Below are positions 26,502-39,574 of a DNA stretch of 64,000 bases, piece by piece. The position numbers were made by a program, and so were the translations under genes. Each line of letters starts with the position of its first letter. Within the stretch, counting starts at the first letter, position 1. The notes under the pieces are model-generated. The model saw only the letters and a list, made by a program, of their open reading frames with translations, did not search any database and was not told the DNA's origin. Source of the DNA: Balanoglossus misakiensis (taxonomy: Eukaryota; Animalia; Hemichordata); NCBI GenBank assembly GCA_040954595.2, contig CM082596.2:6832791-6896790 (forward strand), written 5' to 3'.

Positions 26502-29500
26502 ATTAATATTATATTTTTATATATATATAAAATAATTAATATATAAACATTTACATGTACATATGGGTTCTGATGCGATAATAGCTGAAGTGGGCTATCA
26601 TGATTAGAGCTAGTGATATTATGAAGACGAATTTGCTTTCACTTTCTAAGTCAGGTTGGCTGCCCGGCACACCAACCTGACACGCGTGTGAATTATGTTC
26701 ATTGAAGGTTCACGTTCACTGAATGTTAACGAGCACACGGTTACAATCGCCTGATCAGCGGCGCGTCTCTCAATGGGCCCGGAAAGTGCGCCCACATAAA
26801 TTACCCTTCTAAATTATGCTCTCAGAATTGCGCTAACGCTCAAAAGTGCCGCGAAGGCGAGACGGAAACGGCGTGTTTTCAGTTGAAGCCCTCAGTCCAT
26901 CGCTCTGCACTGGCGAACGGGGTGATTTGGGTTCCACGTTGTCCCTGGCAACCATCATATTTACAGTTGTATTTTTAATATGCGCACTTATGGGCACACG
27001 CTTCATATTATCCGATGATGATCAATGTGGGGGCAATGCACCTAATACACGGCCAGAATACTAATCCTAATAAAACCCATTATCATATCCAGAAACACAG
27101 AGGGCCATAAAGATTCTTTGTTTTTTTTTCTGATTGACTGATTGATTGACCAATTGATTTGATGAAAATCACCTTTTTTCATCAAATATGTTCGTCTAAA
27201 TTTCGGTGCTTGAAATTCGAGATGAATGGTAGAAAAATACTACGGTGAAAAACCTACAGACTTTCATGTCGCCGAGCGATGGGCGTGGCGGGCGCAATAA
27301 AGCATATTTGTAATAGCTTGTTTAAAGAGGTGTATCGTTGTGCACCTCAGTGTGGACAGTACAATGTTTGTGTAAAACAAAATGGCGAAACAAACGATTT
27401 ACCGCATGTGTGGATGTAACTACGGGGGAAGGGGGGGGGGGGGGCTCGCGTTTTCTTAAGCAGCGGTAGTATTGCACAAGGTAGCGTATTTCTACTTTCA
27501 CATATGATACAATTCTCCGACGCGACGAATAGCGCAATCGCATATGAGCAGAATCGCTAACTGTCACAGCAACTCTCGAGTGGCCTCGCTCATTGCCAAT
27601 AATAGATGATTTTCCACCCATTGCGAGATCTCGCGAGACTTGGTTAATAACCGCAGCAACGGGTTGCTAGCCAAGTCTACCTTTGTATGAGAGGAGAAAC
27701 GTTGCAGAATTTATCACGTTTGTGCCCCTTAACACGATGGGCCATGCGTACCTTGTCCTCTGTCCCACGCGAGATCTCGCGCAGTCTCACAGAGTCCGAA
27801 AAACGGTCTATTGGTGAACACTGAAACACAACGTGCCCCCATCTCAATTTACTGAAAGGTCGCGCTGGCCACAATTAAGTGTGCGTCTGTTGCTATGGGT
27901 CTTAAACATAATTTTATCGCCCCCCGCATATTTTATTCGCCGCGTGCGCCTGGGGCGAATAGGCCGTCGCAAGATGAAGGAAGAAAATCGACTTTTATGA
28001 GATATAATAAAGAATATTATGAGTGTGTTTCTGAAGTTTAAAGGGCAGCGACATAATCTGTGGACACAGTCACAGAAACTATATCACACATGTCCTCTTC
28101 TGGGAGGATGCTGGATCGCACCGAAATATGGCGATATTTTTGACATGGGCAATGCAATATAAGTGGCTATATCTATATATACCGTTTTTTGCTGCTCTAT
28201 CTAGATCGATGGATGCACGCATGTATGCATATATGGGAGAGCGAGAGGTGGACGGACAAATAGACAGACAAGATGACAAGGACCGGGAAGACCGATATAT
28301 CGAGAGACACACTTTCGATGATGACAATACGGTACATATTGGAATAGAGGTAGCAGAAAGAAAGTGTTCGGCGATCCGGGGGAAACAACCGGCTGACTTA
28401 GAATAATTCAAATCCATAAAGAAACCAGTGCGCATGATCGTTGCTGTTCGTGAACTTCAGGGAAACTGAAGATGAATAGCATGACAAATATTTAGAAGGG
28501 TAAAAAAAATACACTTCATATAGACTAACTTGGCACTAATACCATCGACAACTTCCGTCGGAAATCTTCACCGTGGGTGATAGACACTGGAACTGGGTCA
28601 AAGGTTACACTCCCCCCCCCCCCCAACTGACAAGATTACGTCGGCGTGTTGTCGTATTGTTGTTCGAGAGGGGGGACCGGACTAACAGATAGTCTTGACA
28701 AACTCATTACGGTTTTATTGACCTGCTCGTCTGCATTGCTCGCTGGATAAGACAGTGCATTAACATCAGCCGAACAGAGGGGCTGACAACCTCAGGATTC
28801 GCTGTTTCCTCCCTCCGGCCGTTTCCTACCCATCATAAATGTCACGCGCGTGATTTACACCGCACTCCGCCATTCATTTGGCTGGTTGTTTGTTTTTTAT
28901 GGTCTCCAATGCCTAGTTGGGATGACGGCCATAAACCCACGTCCCCTTCTCTTCTTTTGATTTGAACTTCGCAATTGGCGAAGCGATTTCGAGTATATTA
29001 TCGCCGTCCCGAGCCATAAATGTTTAGAGCTGGGAGCTTAATATCTCTTTATTGGCAAATAGACGAGGCTTTTAAAGAAAACAGTGGACGGGGCGAATTA
29101 ATGGCCCCACCGCTTGGTGAGAGTCGAGGTAGGCCGAGTGGCATGGTGCGGGGCTTGACTTGGTGAAAGGTTTGCCCAAAAATGCCGCAGGGTCGAGAGA
29201 GGAATTGGTATACCTTATAAGAATCGACAAAATATGCAATTTTAGGTCCCTGAACCAGTACCTCAACTTGAAGTTCTCTTAACAAAAATACACAGTTTTT
29301 GTGCACGGTTAAAACATACAGAGAGGGGAAGAGGAGAGAAATAGACAGCTAGACAGAAGAGAGAGGGGGGAGGGTGTAGAGAGATGGTTTCTCACGCAAT
29401 TATTGGCACACACATCTTGCAAGTTAAAAGCCATCTAAAAGTTCGATACTAGCTTGAAACATATCGTCTCTTGTGACTTCCTAGTTCCTGTCCATGTACA

Positions 29501-32500
29501 GGAGAAATGTTATTTGCATATAAGGAATTCCTGACCAGATTTCCAACATTTTGAAGTAGACTTCTTAAACTACGGCTATTCGAAAATGCTGAAGTCTTGA
29601 GAGAGAGAGAAAATCTCGGCGGAGGTTTCTTAGCACATCTCATGAATTTGGAAAATTGAATGAAATCACTTATGTCCGAAAATGGCCCGTCAATGACGCA
29701 AATCGCACAGACAATACGTCGATACATCATTGTCAGTCAGACAGGTGTCCGGACGATAAAGTCTGATCTATTCTGAAAACTATATGGCGGGCCATTGTGC
29801 GGGATACGAAACCTGCGCATTTAGCGATTCCTCGATCATCTCTGGCGAAAGAAAACCTTTACGGCGCCGTCGTTGTCTCGGAGTCACCTTTGCGCAGCTA
29901 AACGGGCCCCGCTCAATTTAGGCATTTTAGAGGGAGAAAGTTCACGTACCAGTGAAACAAAATCTCATTGTTGCAACGAGTTGTGTGGGCTGGTTGGAGG
30001 GGAAGCGGGCGTCGGTGAACGTAACCTCGCTTGGCAGACCATAAAATCATGGTTCTCAATTTGTATAACACATTCTTCGCCGTTTTATGGCTGCGTGTTC
30101 TTTGTCAGTGCTGTGAGAAGAGTCCGTGGGAAGATTGGCCAGAAAGGCCCACTCGGCTTTTCACAATCACGTGAAAATGACGGGCTTTCTCTGGCACGGC
30201 GTCGAGACTACACCCCTTCCACTCGGCCACGTACTTGCGAAAAAACGCGCCGTTTGTGGTGCGAAATAGTTGACGTCTTCTAGCGCTGGTGCGAAAACTA
30301 TTCTGGGGTTAATAATGAACCCCCCAACTTGTACTTGTCAGCCCGTTTACAGTCTGCGCTCACAGACAAAGGGTTTTCTGGGGGGAGAGGGGGGGGGGCT
30401 AGTATCTGCACAGTCCGTCAGCTCATGGTACAGTCCCTGCCACCCCGTGTATATTCAAAAAGTGCTGACGGGACGAGTTTTGTAGCACCCCATTCTCGGT
30501 GACGTCATCACGGCAACACGTGCACCTGTGATTTGAGCACCGACACGCCATAAACCTTAAACAAAGTCGATTGAAATCGCGGCAAATCGATAATAAACCA
30601 CATTCTTCCGAATTGACGACATCCTTTAAGTTTATTTCTGCGTCAGCGACTCGACGGGCACGGTGTCAACGTGATGTCATCGGCGTTCTGTCCGGGAACC
30701 CACGAGAAAACCAACACAGGCCCCTTCTCTGTGATTTCACGGATTACGCCGGATTAGCGGATGGCGATATCGTCAGGGTACAGCGCACCCGGCCCCGGCA
30801 CACAGGCTCAAAATTCTTTCACAACTTGGCAAGCGCCAGTTGTGCGTGGAGCCGTGGTACAATGGAATATTGTATCATGACGCACAGTGAAACAGCGAAA
30901 ATCCATCTCGCACGAAAATGAAAGAAACGCACCAAAATGAATTTTTTCGAACGGGTGTGATATTTCGCATTTGATTCATTAATTAACGCCCGCTAACCAC
31001 CAGCCCACAAGGCTATTCTTTTCATTCATGTATGCAAATTAAGACCAGATGGACAGATTGAGAATCCTTGCGGTCGATTTGAGGTGTGAGGCTTCGAGAG
31101 GCTGCGTGTTTGTGGTCTTTTGATAAACGCATTTTGATTTTTACCTTATCTTGTAGTTTGACACTGGAAACTTATTCTATTGAATTAAAGTCTCGAAAAT
31201 AATTTTAACCACACTGGATGGAACACGACGTTAAAGATTTCTTGGGCATTCTCTCGGTATTGTTCGATGACCGTCAAGGCGTAAATAATTATGCATTGTG
31301 CATTTCGTGTATGTGTGATTAATTACGAAACCATCTCGCGTGTTTCTTAGAATCAATTAATGACGTCATCACCACGGTATTCTCCATCAATTCAAGCCAA
31401 AAATACCCGATTTCTTGCTTACAACAGTTACTGACTGACTGATTGACTGACTTACTGACCGTAACTATCCAACTACAAAAAAGGTCACGTGACTTGACAT
31501 CACCCACCAATATCAGCCAGTTGCCAGGACAATGAAATAAAGGGAAGGGGAATCTTGACAATGCATGCCCAAAAATTCATGGAGGTCGGTAGAGACGGTA
31601 CTGGTATGAAACATATTACAACGAGATCACGTAGCATACCTCAGTTAATTTTGCCATTGCAGTTATATCTTAGATTTGTTATAGGCGGGGTGGGGAGTCC
31701 TTCCCGAACTCTGCCAGCATATATGTTCATTACTAGTAATTACACCTTATCACAACAGACGAGACGGACTTCTCTTTACTTTGCCCCCCCCCCCCAAAAA
31801 AAAAATCTCCTCTCAATCAAATGAATCAATAATTTAACTTGTATGTTTGATTTCTCGTCAGGGTCCTGCCTTCTTCGCCACCCACAAACAACCATTCAAC
31901 ACTGTCAATTAATTTCTCTCTCCACCTTGTCAGACGACCACGCACGCAAGGCATAGGTATGTCACACCTGTACGGGATTTCTCGAGGGAAAACTTTGCAA
32001 TTTTGAGTTGTAGAACTTCAATATTTTTTTCTGTCTCCCTTCTTTCACACTGACGCCCACTGAAGGCAATTCAGTCGCAGATAAAACCAAATGTCATTTC
32101 AAATAGAATTAAAATACGCATATCCCGTCGAGCCGTATTTCTCAATCGGCGATCGTCGTGCTTTTACTGCTTCGTACTTATGCATTTAAAATAACAGACG
32201 GGTCTCTAGCTCGGGTGTAAAATCCGTAAAGGTTGATCTAGAAATTAACGTGCTGCTATCAAAGCCCCGACGCTGAAAAAGGAGAAATTTTATCACACAC
32301 GGTTCAGTCAAGTTCCGATTCCTGAAAATGCGTCGACAGAGAAAATTGAAGAAAACGTTACAAGCAGATAATTAACGTATCCCCGTATAGACATTTAACA
32401 ACACACACGCAAGACTGGCTTTAAAAATAGAATGGACGTGTGCACGTGGTTGACCGTATGTTTCTAGCGTTATCTTAATCGTTTCTCGCTACGGTCAGGG

Positions 32501-33769
32501 GTAGGGTTTTATGATTCCTGTGTTATCTGCGTTTGCCAGAATATTGGATTCTGCCCGTAGGTTTGCCAATAGCGCACTGATTTCACACAGTGATTGGACT
32601 CAAACAGGTGTCACGGCCATGGGCGCCTCTTGACATCGCTATCGACCTGCGACCAAACTTTCGTTTTGAAATAATGACAAGTCTTCCCAAACCAAGACAA
32701 AACAAAACAAGACCAACAACTCTACGTCATGTCAAAAATTAGATCAATTATTATACTTGACCGTTAGTTAACGAGACGTTACGAATATGACGGATTAACC
32801 CAACAAAACAATTGAAGACAGTTATTTCGGTGAAAAATATATGTAAACATTTCTCACGGGAAAGACCAGGGCGTGTATTAAAGGTCAGGGTATTTGACGG
32901 GTTGGTTGGGAGGGGGGAGCCACGATTACATTGGCATTTAACCGTACATTGGACATTATACTTATCAGACGATTCGCATACCTGAAGTATGGTGATACAT
33001 ACAGACTTCTCGCTTCCGATTACTTCGATCAACGGTACACATGAAATCTTTTTAACACGCGCATACAAAAGCGTGCATACATACGTGTACGTACGTATAT
33101 ACTAGTACGTACATAGGGGACAAAAATGGCAGACAGGCAGACGGACGGACAGACAGACAAATATGCTCTACACTACATGTACACTATCACCGGATCTCCA
33201 CGTGTTATCCGACGGAAAGCAGTATACGAAGGAGACAGGGACCTGAAATGATGATAAAACAAGCGTACCCGGTGCGTACACTTGTCGGCGCGTGGCTTCC
33301 CTTGTTCGGGGGCTTGACTTGAGCCGCGCATGTTCAAATCCCGGGAGGGGCAAAAAAGTAATAGCTAAATGAACGACTGATTTGGAGAGATATGATTTTT
33401 ATAGGCTTGTGGAAGAACGGCGCGTGTTGAAGAACATCCACTGACTGCACGCGAGTTTCTTTTGATGTTCTTTTGATTTAAGTGACCTTATGCGATCCTG
33501 CGGGTGGCAACGCTTTATCTGTTGGCCTCGTCGTCAGAACTCCGCGCCACGCAAACCATAAATTTAATCCGCGATACACAGCTGCGGTTACTGAATGTAT
33601 TACGGTATTTTATCGGGGTATTCACTGTATATTAGCAATTTCCTTGGCCGTGAAGACCGACATCGATCGCAGCTCTCCTATCTTGAAATGAAATAGACTA
33701 AAATGCCGTGAAATAAAATTAGATTGAAGGTACATGTATATGGAACAGTGGATGAATAATGCACAAAAC

Positions 33770-33841
33770 GGTGGTGGTGGTGGTGGTGGTGATGATGATG
33801 ATGATGAGGAGGAGGAGGAGGAGGAGGAGGAGGAGAGGAGA

Positions 33842-33918
<77 letters not shown>

Positions 33919-34024
33919 AATGATGATGATGATGATGATGACGTTGATGCCGACGACGACGACGACGATGATGGTGATGATGATGATGATGATGATGAAG
34001 ATGATGATGATGATGATGATGATG
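33770..34024. repeat. Compound trinucleotide microsatellite (GGT/GAT/GAG/GAC)n
   Basis: Visible array ~1.4 kb upstream of the Wnt1 promoter; source of the poly-Met and poly-His ORFs. Confidence 0.97.
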
Positions 34025-35387
34025 CGAACTACTGAATGCTCTCCAAAGCGGCAACGGTTAACTCAGAAACACGCAAACGCTTATGCACACACGCGTGCGG
34101 CTACGAATGAACTGACCGAGCGCCGGCCCTTTTCTCAGAGTTCAAGCACTAATCCGCGAAGCGCGGTCGCATCACAAGAACCGCATCACACCTCACAGTC
34201 TCCGATTGGTCGTAAAATGCGTTCTGTTTTATGACATCCATCGTGCTCCCTTCTCTCGTCAACCTTGAAATTTAGATTCTGGCGAGCAGAGAAGGCAAAA
34301 AACCCACACAACCTATTTAGCGTTCAGATCACGAATTAGAATGATAATCAACTTAACTACACGCAAAAATATTGACCTAGGTAATTTTGTTAACACTGCC
34401 TAATGTTCAGAATCAAGTACACAATTTAATTAATTAATTGAATGGTTAATTAACTAATTAATTAACTGGGACATTAAATAATTAATTTGTTGAGCAATTG
34501 TCGAAGCAATGATCGTCCACTGGAAAGACGACAATGAAATAGTTGAATGAAAAATAATTTAAGGATTGAACCCAAATTTTGGCAAGGGGGCTATTTCTGT
34601 TGGTGACCAGAGGAGGGTGATATTTTAAAAGCAGCGGTGTGTCAAACCTGTTGGGGGGGGGGTGGACATGGCTCGTTGAGGGTGTTTGCAAACCACAATC
34701 GAATATGGCTATCGCTTTCCCAAGAAAGCTATCGCTTTACTCTTTGACAGTTTTAGAGTTGGTTTAGAACAATACGCATTTGTCTTGACGAGAAAAGCTG
34801 AGGCCTCGCCATGTCACTTGCCCGTGTCCGATTCAATGTTAGTTTTCCCCCAAAAGCGCATTCCGTGTTATTGTTACCGATTGTTGTGAAACTGTATTAC
34901 AGAACGCTTAGCACCTCCAGTTGCGTGGTTTCTGCCAGGACCGTCGGTATTGCTGGCCCTGTCTTTTTTTTGAGCTCGTGCAGTCCGCCGAGTGGACGAT
35001 CACTGCTTCGACTCGCTCGCCTTTTTCTCGAAGTCCCGGCCGCGTTACTCCTCCTACGCGAGATATTTGTATTCCGCGCGAGACTCGCGCTCAGGAGCGC
35101 GCGTGAAAATAAAATCAAACGCCGGCGCGCGTCTCCCCGTCAGGTCACAGAAAGAGCGCCGCTGTCGTCACTACACCCGCCACCGCCGGTGCACTCTATG
35201 ATCGTATAACGACAGGACTGAATGAAGCCCTGTCATGATTTATGACGGGATCACCCGATATTAAAGCTCCGTGGCACATGCCTATTACATGATACACAAC
35301 CGAGCACAAGTTGACGTCCGCTGTACCTCCCACCTATTATGTAAGGCCTTCTTGTGGCAAACGTCAAGCTAACCCCCCCCTCTCCGA

Positions 35388-35440
35388 TGATTGGCAGTTC
35401 GCCGGGCCGACTTCTTTGTGCGGTGGATTCTTATAAAAAA
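35388..35440 (+). promoter_or_regulatory. Putative Wnt1 core promoter (inverted CCAAT box plus TATA box)
   Basis: tgATTGGc at 35388-35395 and TATAAAA at 35432-35438, about 110 nt upstream of the first in-frame ATG. Confidence 0.6.
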
Positions 35441-35543
35441 TCTTCTTGTGCTTTCTGGGTTGACTAATGTGCGAAGCGGAGATATCGACATCATTCCGGC
35501 TGCTCAGGAAAGGATATCTTAATACCACTACAAGTGTTTCCCA

Positions 35544-35668
35544 ATGTGTCTGCAGTATATTGTCGTCAGAACGATGAATTTTTGCCTGCTTTCGGCGGTG
35601 GTTTGTTTTTGTTCCAAGCTGAGTTTAGGAACCAGCGTCGCTCAGGCCACAGCGACCGGGCATTGGTG
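35544..35668 (+). CDS. Wnt1: Wnt1 exon 1 (signal peptide)
   Basis: MCLQYIVVRTMNFCLLSAVVCFCSKLSLGTSVAQATATGHW-TG|gtaagt. The phase-2 donor completes the conserved Wnt N-terminal WW on splicing to 36597. Two in-frame ATGs (35544, 35574); which one is used is uncertain. Confidence 0.88.
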
Positions 35669-36596
35669 GTAAGTATGCGGGCGATCTATTTGACAGTTGT
35701 CGTTGATATTTGAAACTTCGGTGTCACACGGCCGCGGAGAGCGTCCGGTCGGCGGCCGCTCTGCCGACATCGCCGCTGAACGTTTGCTTGGCCCCCGTAG
35801 CCACCCCCTTCCGATCCCCTAAAACTTCATCGAAGTGTGCGGTCTCTCCGCGTAAAAGAGACATTTTCCGTTATTCTGATGCCATTTCCTCCGTTATTTC
35901 AGTCCCAGGGAAAAATTTCTATCACATATTCTCACACATGTGGCTAACGTGACAGAAATATTGACTGTGGAGTTTGTGTCTACCCTGTGAATCGTTTTGT
36001 TACTACACGAAATCACGAAGTGGTGGGCCTTGCGAGTTTTGACATATGAGAATAGTTTCAACTCGTATGACAGGTGGATTAGGTTCAGTCTTTTCTGTTG
36101 ATCAGTTAACCCGATACCAAAATATTTGTCTAGGCATTTCTGTCCGTGCTGGGCTACTAGTCAGCCCTGTATGGGCAGAGTGTGAAAGCTTGTAAAGCTG
36201 TCGTTTGCAGCCCTCTCCTAAAAGGATCTATGTTTTGTTTCCCGTGGTATAACGGAGTATTCGATGTCACATCCCGGCCAATCTGCCAACCTCGGGTAAT
36301 CTATCATTCTCTCACGCCGCCACGCATCGCTGGTGTCCCCCCTTGCTTTTTTACGCTCCTGTCTTCAGCGTTCAGCGCCTGTCTAGTCTGCAGAAATGTG
36401 TGCTGGCTGAAGCGTGGAAAAGTCGAGCCGGTTTTCTCCAATCCCGTTGGAGGTTTCAATGGAGAGAGAGAGCGAGAGAGCGCGCGGAGACGCCCCCGCT
36501 AGACATGAGAAGGCCCAAGTCCGCGCTCTCCCTCGCCAGACACACGGCCGTGCCGTTGCTTGTCCTCACCCTCTCTCTCGTCCACCACTCCCGCAG

Positions 36597-36856
36597 GTCG
36601 GTCGCCATGCCTGTGCAGAAGAACCTGGTGATGAACCAGTTCGGCCTGCCCGTCGCCATCGACCAGTCGCCGTTCAACAAGAAGCAGCGGCGGCTGGTGA
36701 GGAAAAACGCCGGCTCGCTGGCCGCCATCACGAACTCCGTCAACATGGCGGTGTTGGAATGTAAATGGCAGTTCAAGGAACGGAAATGGAATTGCCCAAC
36801 GAATAAAAACACCAATAACGGTGGAAGGAACCTTTTCGGAAAAATTATGAACAAAG
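36597..36856 (+). CDS. Wnt1: Wnt1 exon 2
   Basis: Pyrimidine tract plus ccgcag| acceptor. (W)SVAMPVQKN...KKQRRLVRKNAGSL...ECKWQFKERKWNCPT...LFGKIMNK(G). Donor ag|gtaagt, phase 1, 260 nt. KQRRLVR, ECKWQF, WNCPT and LFGKI are Wnt1 hallmarks. Confidence 0.95.
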
Positions 36857-39385
36857 GTAAGTTTGACTAATTTTTAAATGCTTTACACGGAGCGCAATCA
36901 TATTGATTGAACATGCTGCCTTCAAGTTTTGGAGTTTAACGAGATTTTCGTTTTAGGTTTTCTCAAATCTATTCAAAGACAATTAAGAAAGAACGAACGA
37001 ACGAACGGAAGGAAGGAAGGAAAGAAAGAAAGATAGATAGATAGAATAGACAAAAAATGGCAAAATCGGGGAAAAAATCGTGACCGTCCAAAATATGCAA
37101 TTCACAATCAACAGGTGGCTATGACCTCATTGGAACCGTTGGCGAGTCGTTACTTAAAAAGGAAACTCCCCAAAATAGTGGATGTAGTTTGTTTATTTTG
37201 TGTCACAGGGAAGACAAGAACGTACTTCCGATATTTCGACGCCCTTAATTGCGTGTATCGGGTATTTTAAACTATTTCCATCCGTGTGTGTTTGCTTATT
37301 AACATCGCAACCGCCGACTTGTTGAGTTTGCATGGGCTGTAACCAACGGTGCAGTGTCCGGGTGCAAGGATCTGCGCTCTCCCGCTAGAAACGTCTGCGG
37401 AACGCGTGTGTAGAAGACGAATGCATGAGCGGATGGATAACTTTATCCGGCTGCGAGATATAGGGCGGGTGACGAGGTCGTATGAAGTTTGTTTGGGTGT
37501 TAAAGACGGTGTAGCAACTTGCAAATGTGGTGTTAGGGGCTTTTAATCTGTTGATAGAAAAGTTGTGACGTTCTCCTTTGGTGTGAAATCATCCCAGCAA
37601 GGCCGGGTCATTTGAGGCGATATACAATACTAAACCCAGTGACCGGCAAATCCCACGCTAATCCCAAGCCGAGTGGTTGGTCGAGCTTAAAATAAGCCTG
37701 TGTCAACCACGATGTCAAGTGCTCGGAGAACATCGGGATATTCGTGTGGCAGACACGGGAAGTTGGAGGGAAAGTTAGTTTGCGAAACAACAGCGTGAGA
37801 AATCTTCAAGACTGAGCAGAGATTGGGGGTGAGGTGATCATTCTGTCGTTGCCCTGACGTTGTGGCTGTTATAAGCGGGGGTTCTCCGGTTACCGACCCA
37901 CCGTGGGCAAAACTCCCCGACTTGACAACCGACGCTACATGCCGGTGTGTTCCTCAGTCCACAACCACAACAGTTGCGGATTCCGTGCTTTTCATTCACA
38001 CTGTTGGCATTGTCGCCTCCTAAATCCTAAACAATTTCAATTTGCCGCCCCAAAGGCCACGACTCTGAAAAGGGGGAAACTTTGTTCCGCCCTGACAAAA
38101 GCCGCGAAAAAAGGAAGGGTTTCCAAACACGATTGGGCCGGCAAGCGGAACATTGAAAAAAACACGGGATTAGACGCAAATTGACAACTTCACTAGACGG
38201 CCTTCGGTGGTCTATTTTTTCCCGGGCCCCCCTTTTTTTGTTGATGCAAATAACATTGGCAACCGTATAGGCCCTAAACAAGCTGGGAAGTTGCTGTTTT
38301 GCCTTGTGTGGTCGTATACTTTTGGAGTGCAAATCCAACGCATATCGCAACACGTCTGAAAGTCACAAGACTGCGCGTTTTGATCACGACCACAAAGTCA
38401 CTGCGGTGACAACAATTCTCAAATTATTTCACCATAACAAATAAACAGAACCGGGGCTATTTTCCAACCGGCAGCGGCGATTTCCCGCGATAAATTTCCG
38501 CAACACGTTAATGCGACCATAATTTCCTCATTAGAGGACCCTGTAACGAGTTGACTCGCGTCTCCATTAAACGTTTTACTTTCTATCTACACGAGTAAAA
38601 AAAGATGGCGACTTCTGTTTCGATACCTTTATCTTTTCTTCGCGCTTTGCACCAACTTTAATTCGCTCACTATCAGATGGACATCAAGGCGGAATAAAAC
38701 TAGTAACGACTCTTACGGCTAGCATTTTAACGGTCATCTCGGTGTAAAGGTCGTATCGATTATCTTGTCTTTTTGTCGAAATGGGCGACTAAAAACTGAC
38801 ACAAACGACAACGTCTCAGCTATAGAGTTCTGAAAATACAGTCAATTAAAAAGTAGTTTTTTTAAAGTACAAACATTCCACTGACTATTCTCGAGCTTAG
38901 TCACTTTGAATCAAAACCGTGCGTCTGTGAACCCTTAATCCGATTAATATCGAATTAATGAAACTGCTCCCCGTGCACGCTGTATTTAGCGCGACTTGTC
39001 CAATTATCCACTGAACCCACTAAATTGGATTAACTCGTCTCGAACAAGAAAACCGTGGAAGTGTGCCCCCCCCCCATTATTATAGCAGCCGCGCAGAAAA
39101 TAACTGCGCATCTCCAAGTATACTGCCGTGGTTACAACGCGGGTGGCTCTTGTTTTAAGAAGTAACCAGACAATAATTAACTTCGTCGACTGAATAAGGT
39201 GCTTTGTGGCCACTCGTAAAAAACACACAGCCGCTCATTCAAAGCGAAACTGCTTCCACGAATTCTGTACAAAGGGGAGTCTAAAACATCTCCGTCTGAA
39301 ACCACAATTAAAACCTCTGGCATCTTAACTAACTTACATAGTGAAATAGCAAAGATCACGTGTATATATACATTATGTATGTGCA

Positions 39386-39539
39386 TGTATGTATGTATGT
39401 ATGTATGTATGTATGTATGTATGTATGTATGTATGTATGTATGTATGTATGTATGTATGTATGTATGTATGTATGTATGTATGTATGTATGTATGTATGT
39501 ATGTATGTATGTATGTATGTATGTATGTATGTATGTATG

Positions 39540-39568
<29 letters not shown>
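39386..39568. repeat. (ATGT)n microsatellite
   Basis: Visible array in Wnt1 intron 2. Confidence 0.97.

Positions 39569-39574
<6 letters not shown>

Noticed and set aside
33295-33352. tRNA-like fragment with GTTCAAATCC
   Set aside because: B-box-like word only; no A box or D arm and a broken T stem, too weak to call
33719-34234. Poly-Met, poly-His and poly-Glu ORFs (also 19195..19602 and 23500..23775)
   Set aside because: Translations of trinucleotide microsatellites; no splice or domain support
36343-36870. Treating the 175-aa ORF (or ATG 36505) as the true single first exon of Wnt1, implying loss of intron 1
   Set aside because: An upstream exon (35544-35668) with a TATA box, a signal peptide and a phase-matched TG|gtaagt donor restores the conserved WW, and a good acceptor exists at 36596
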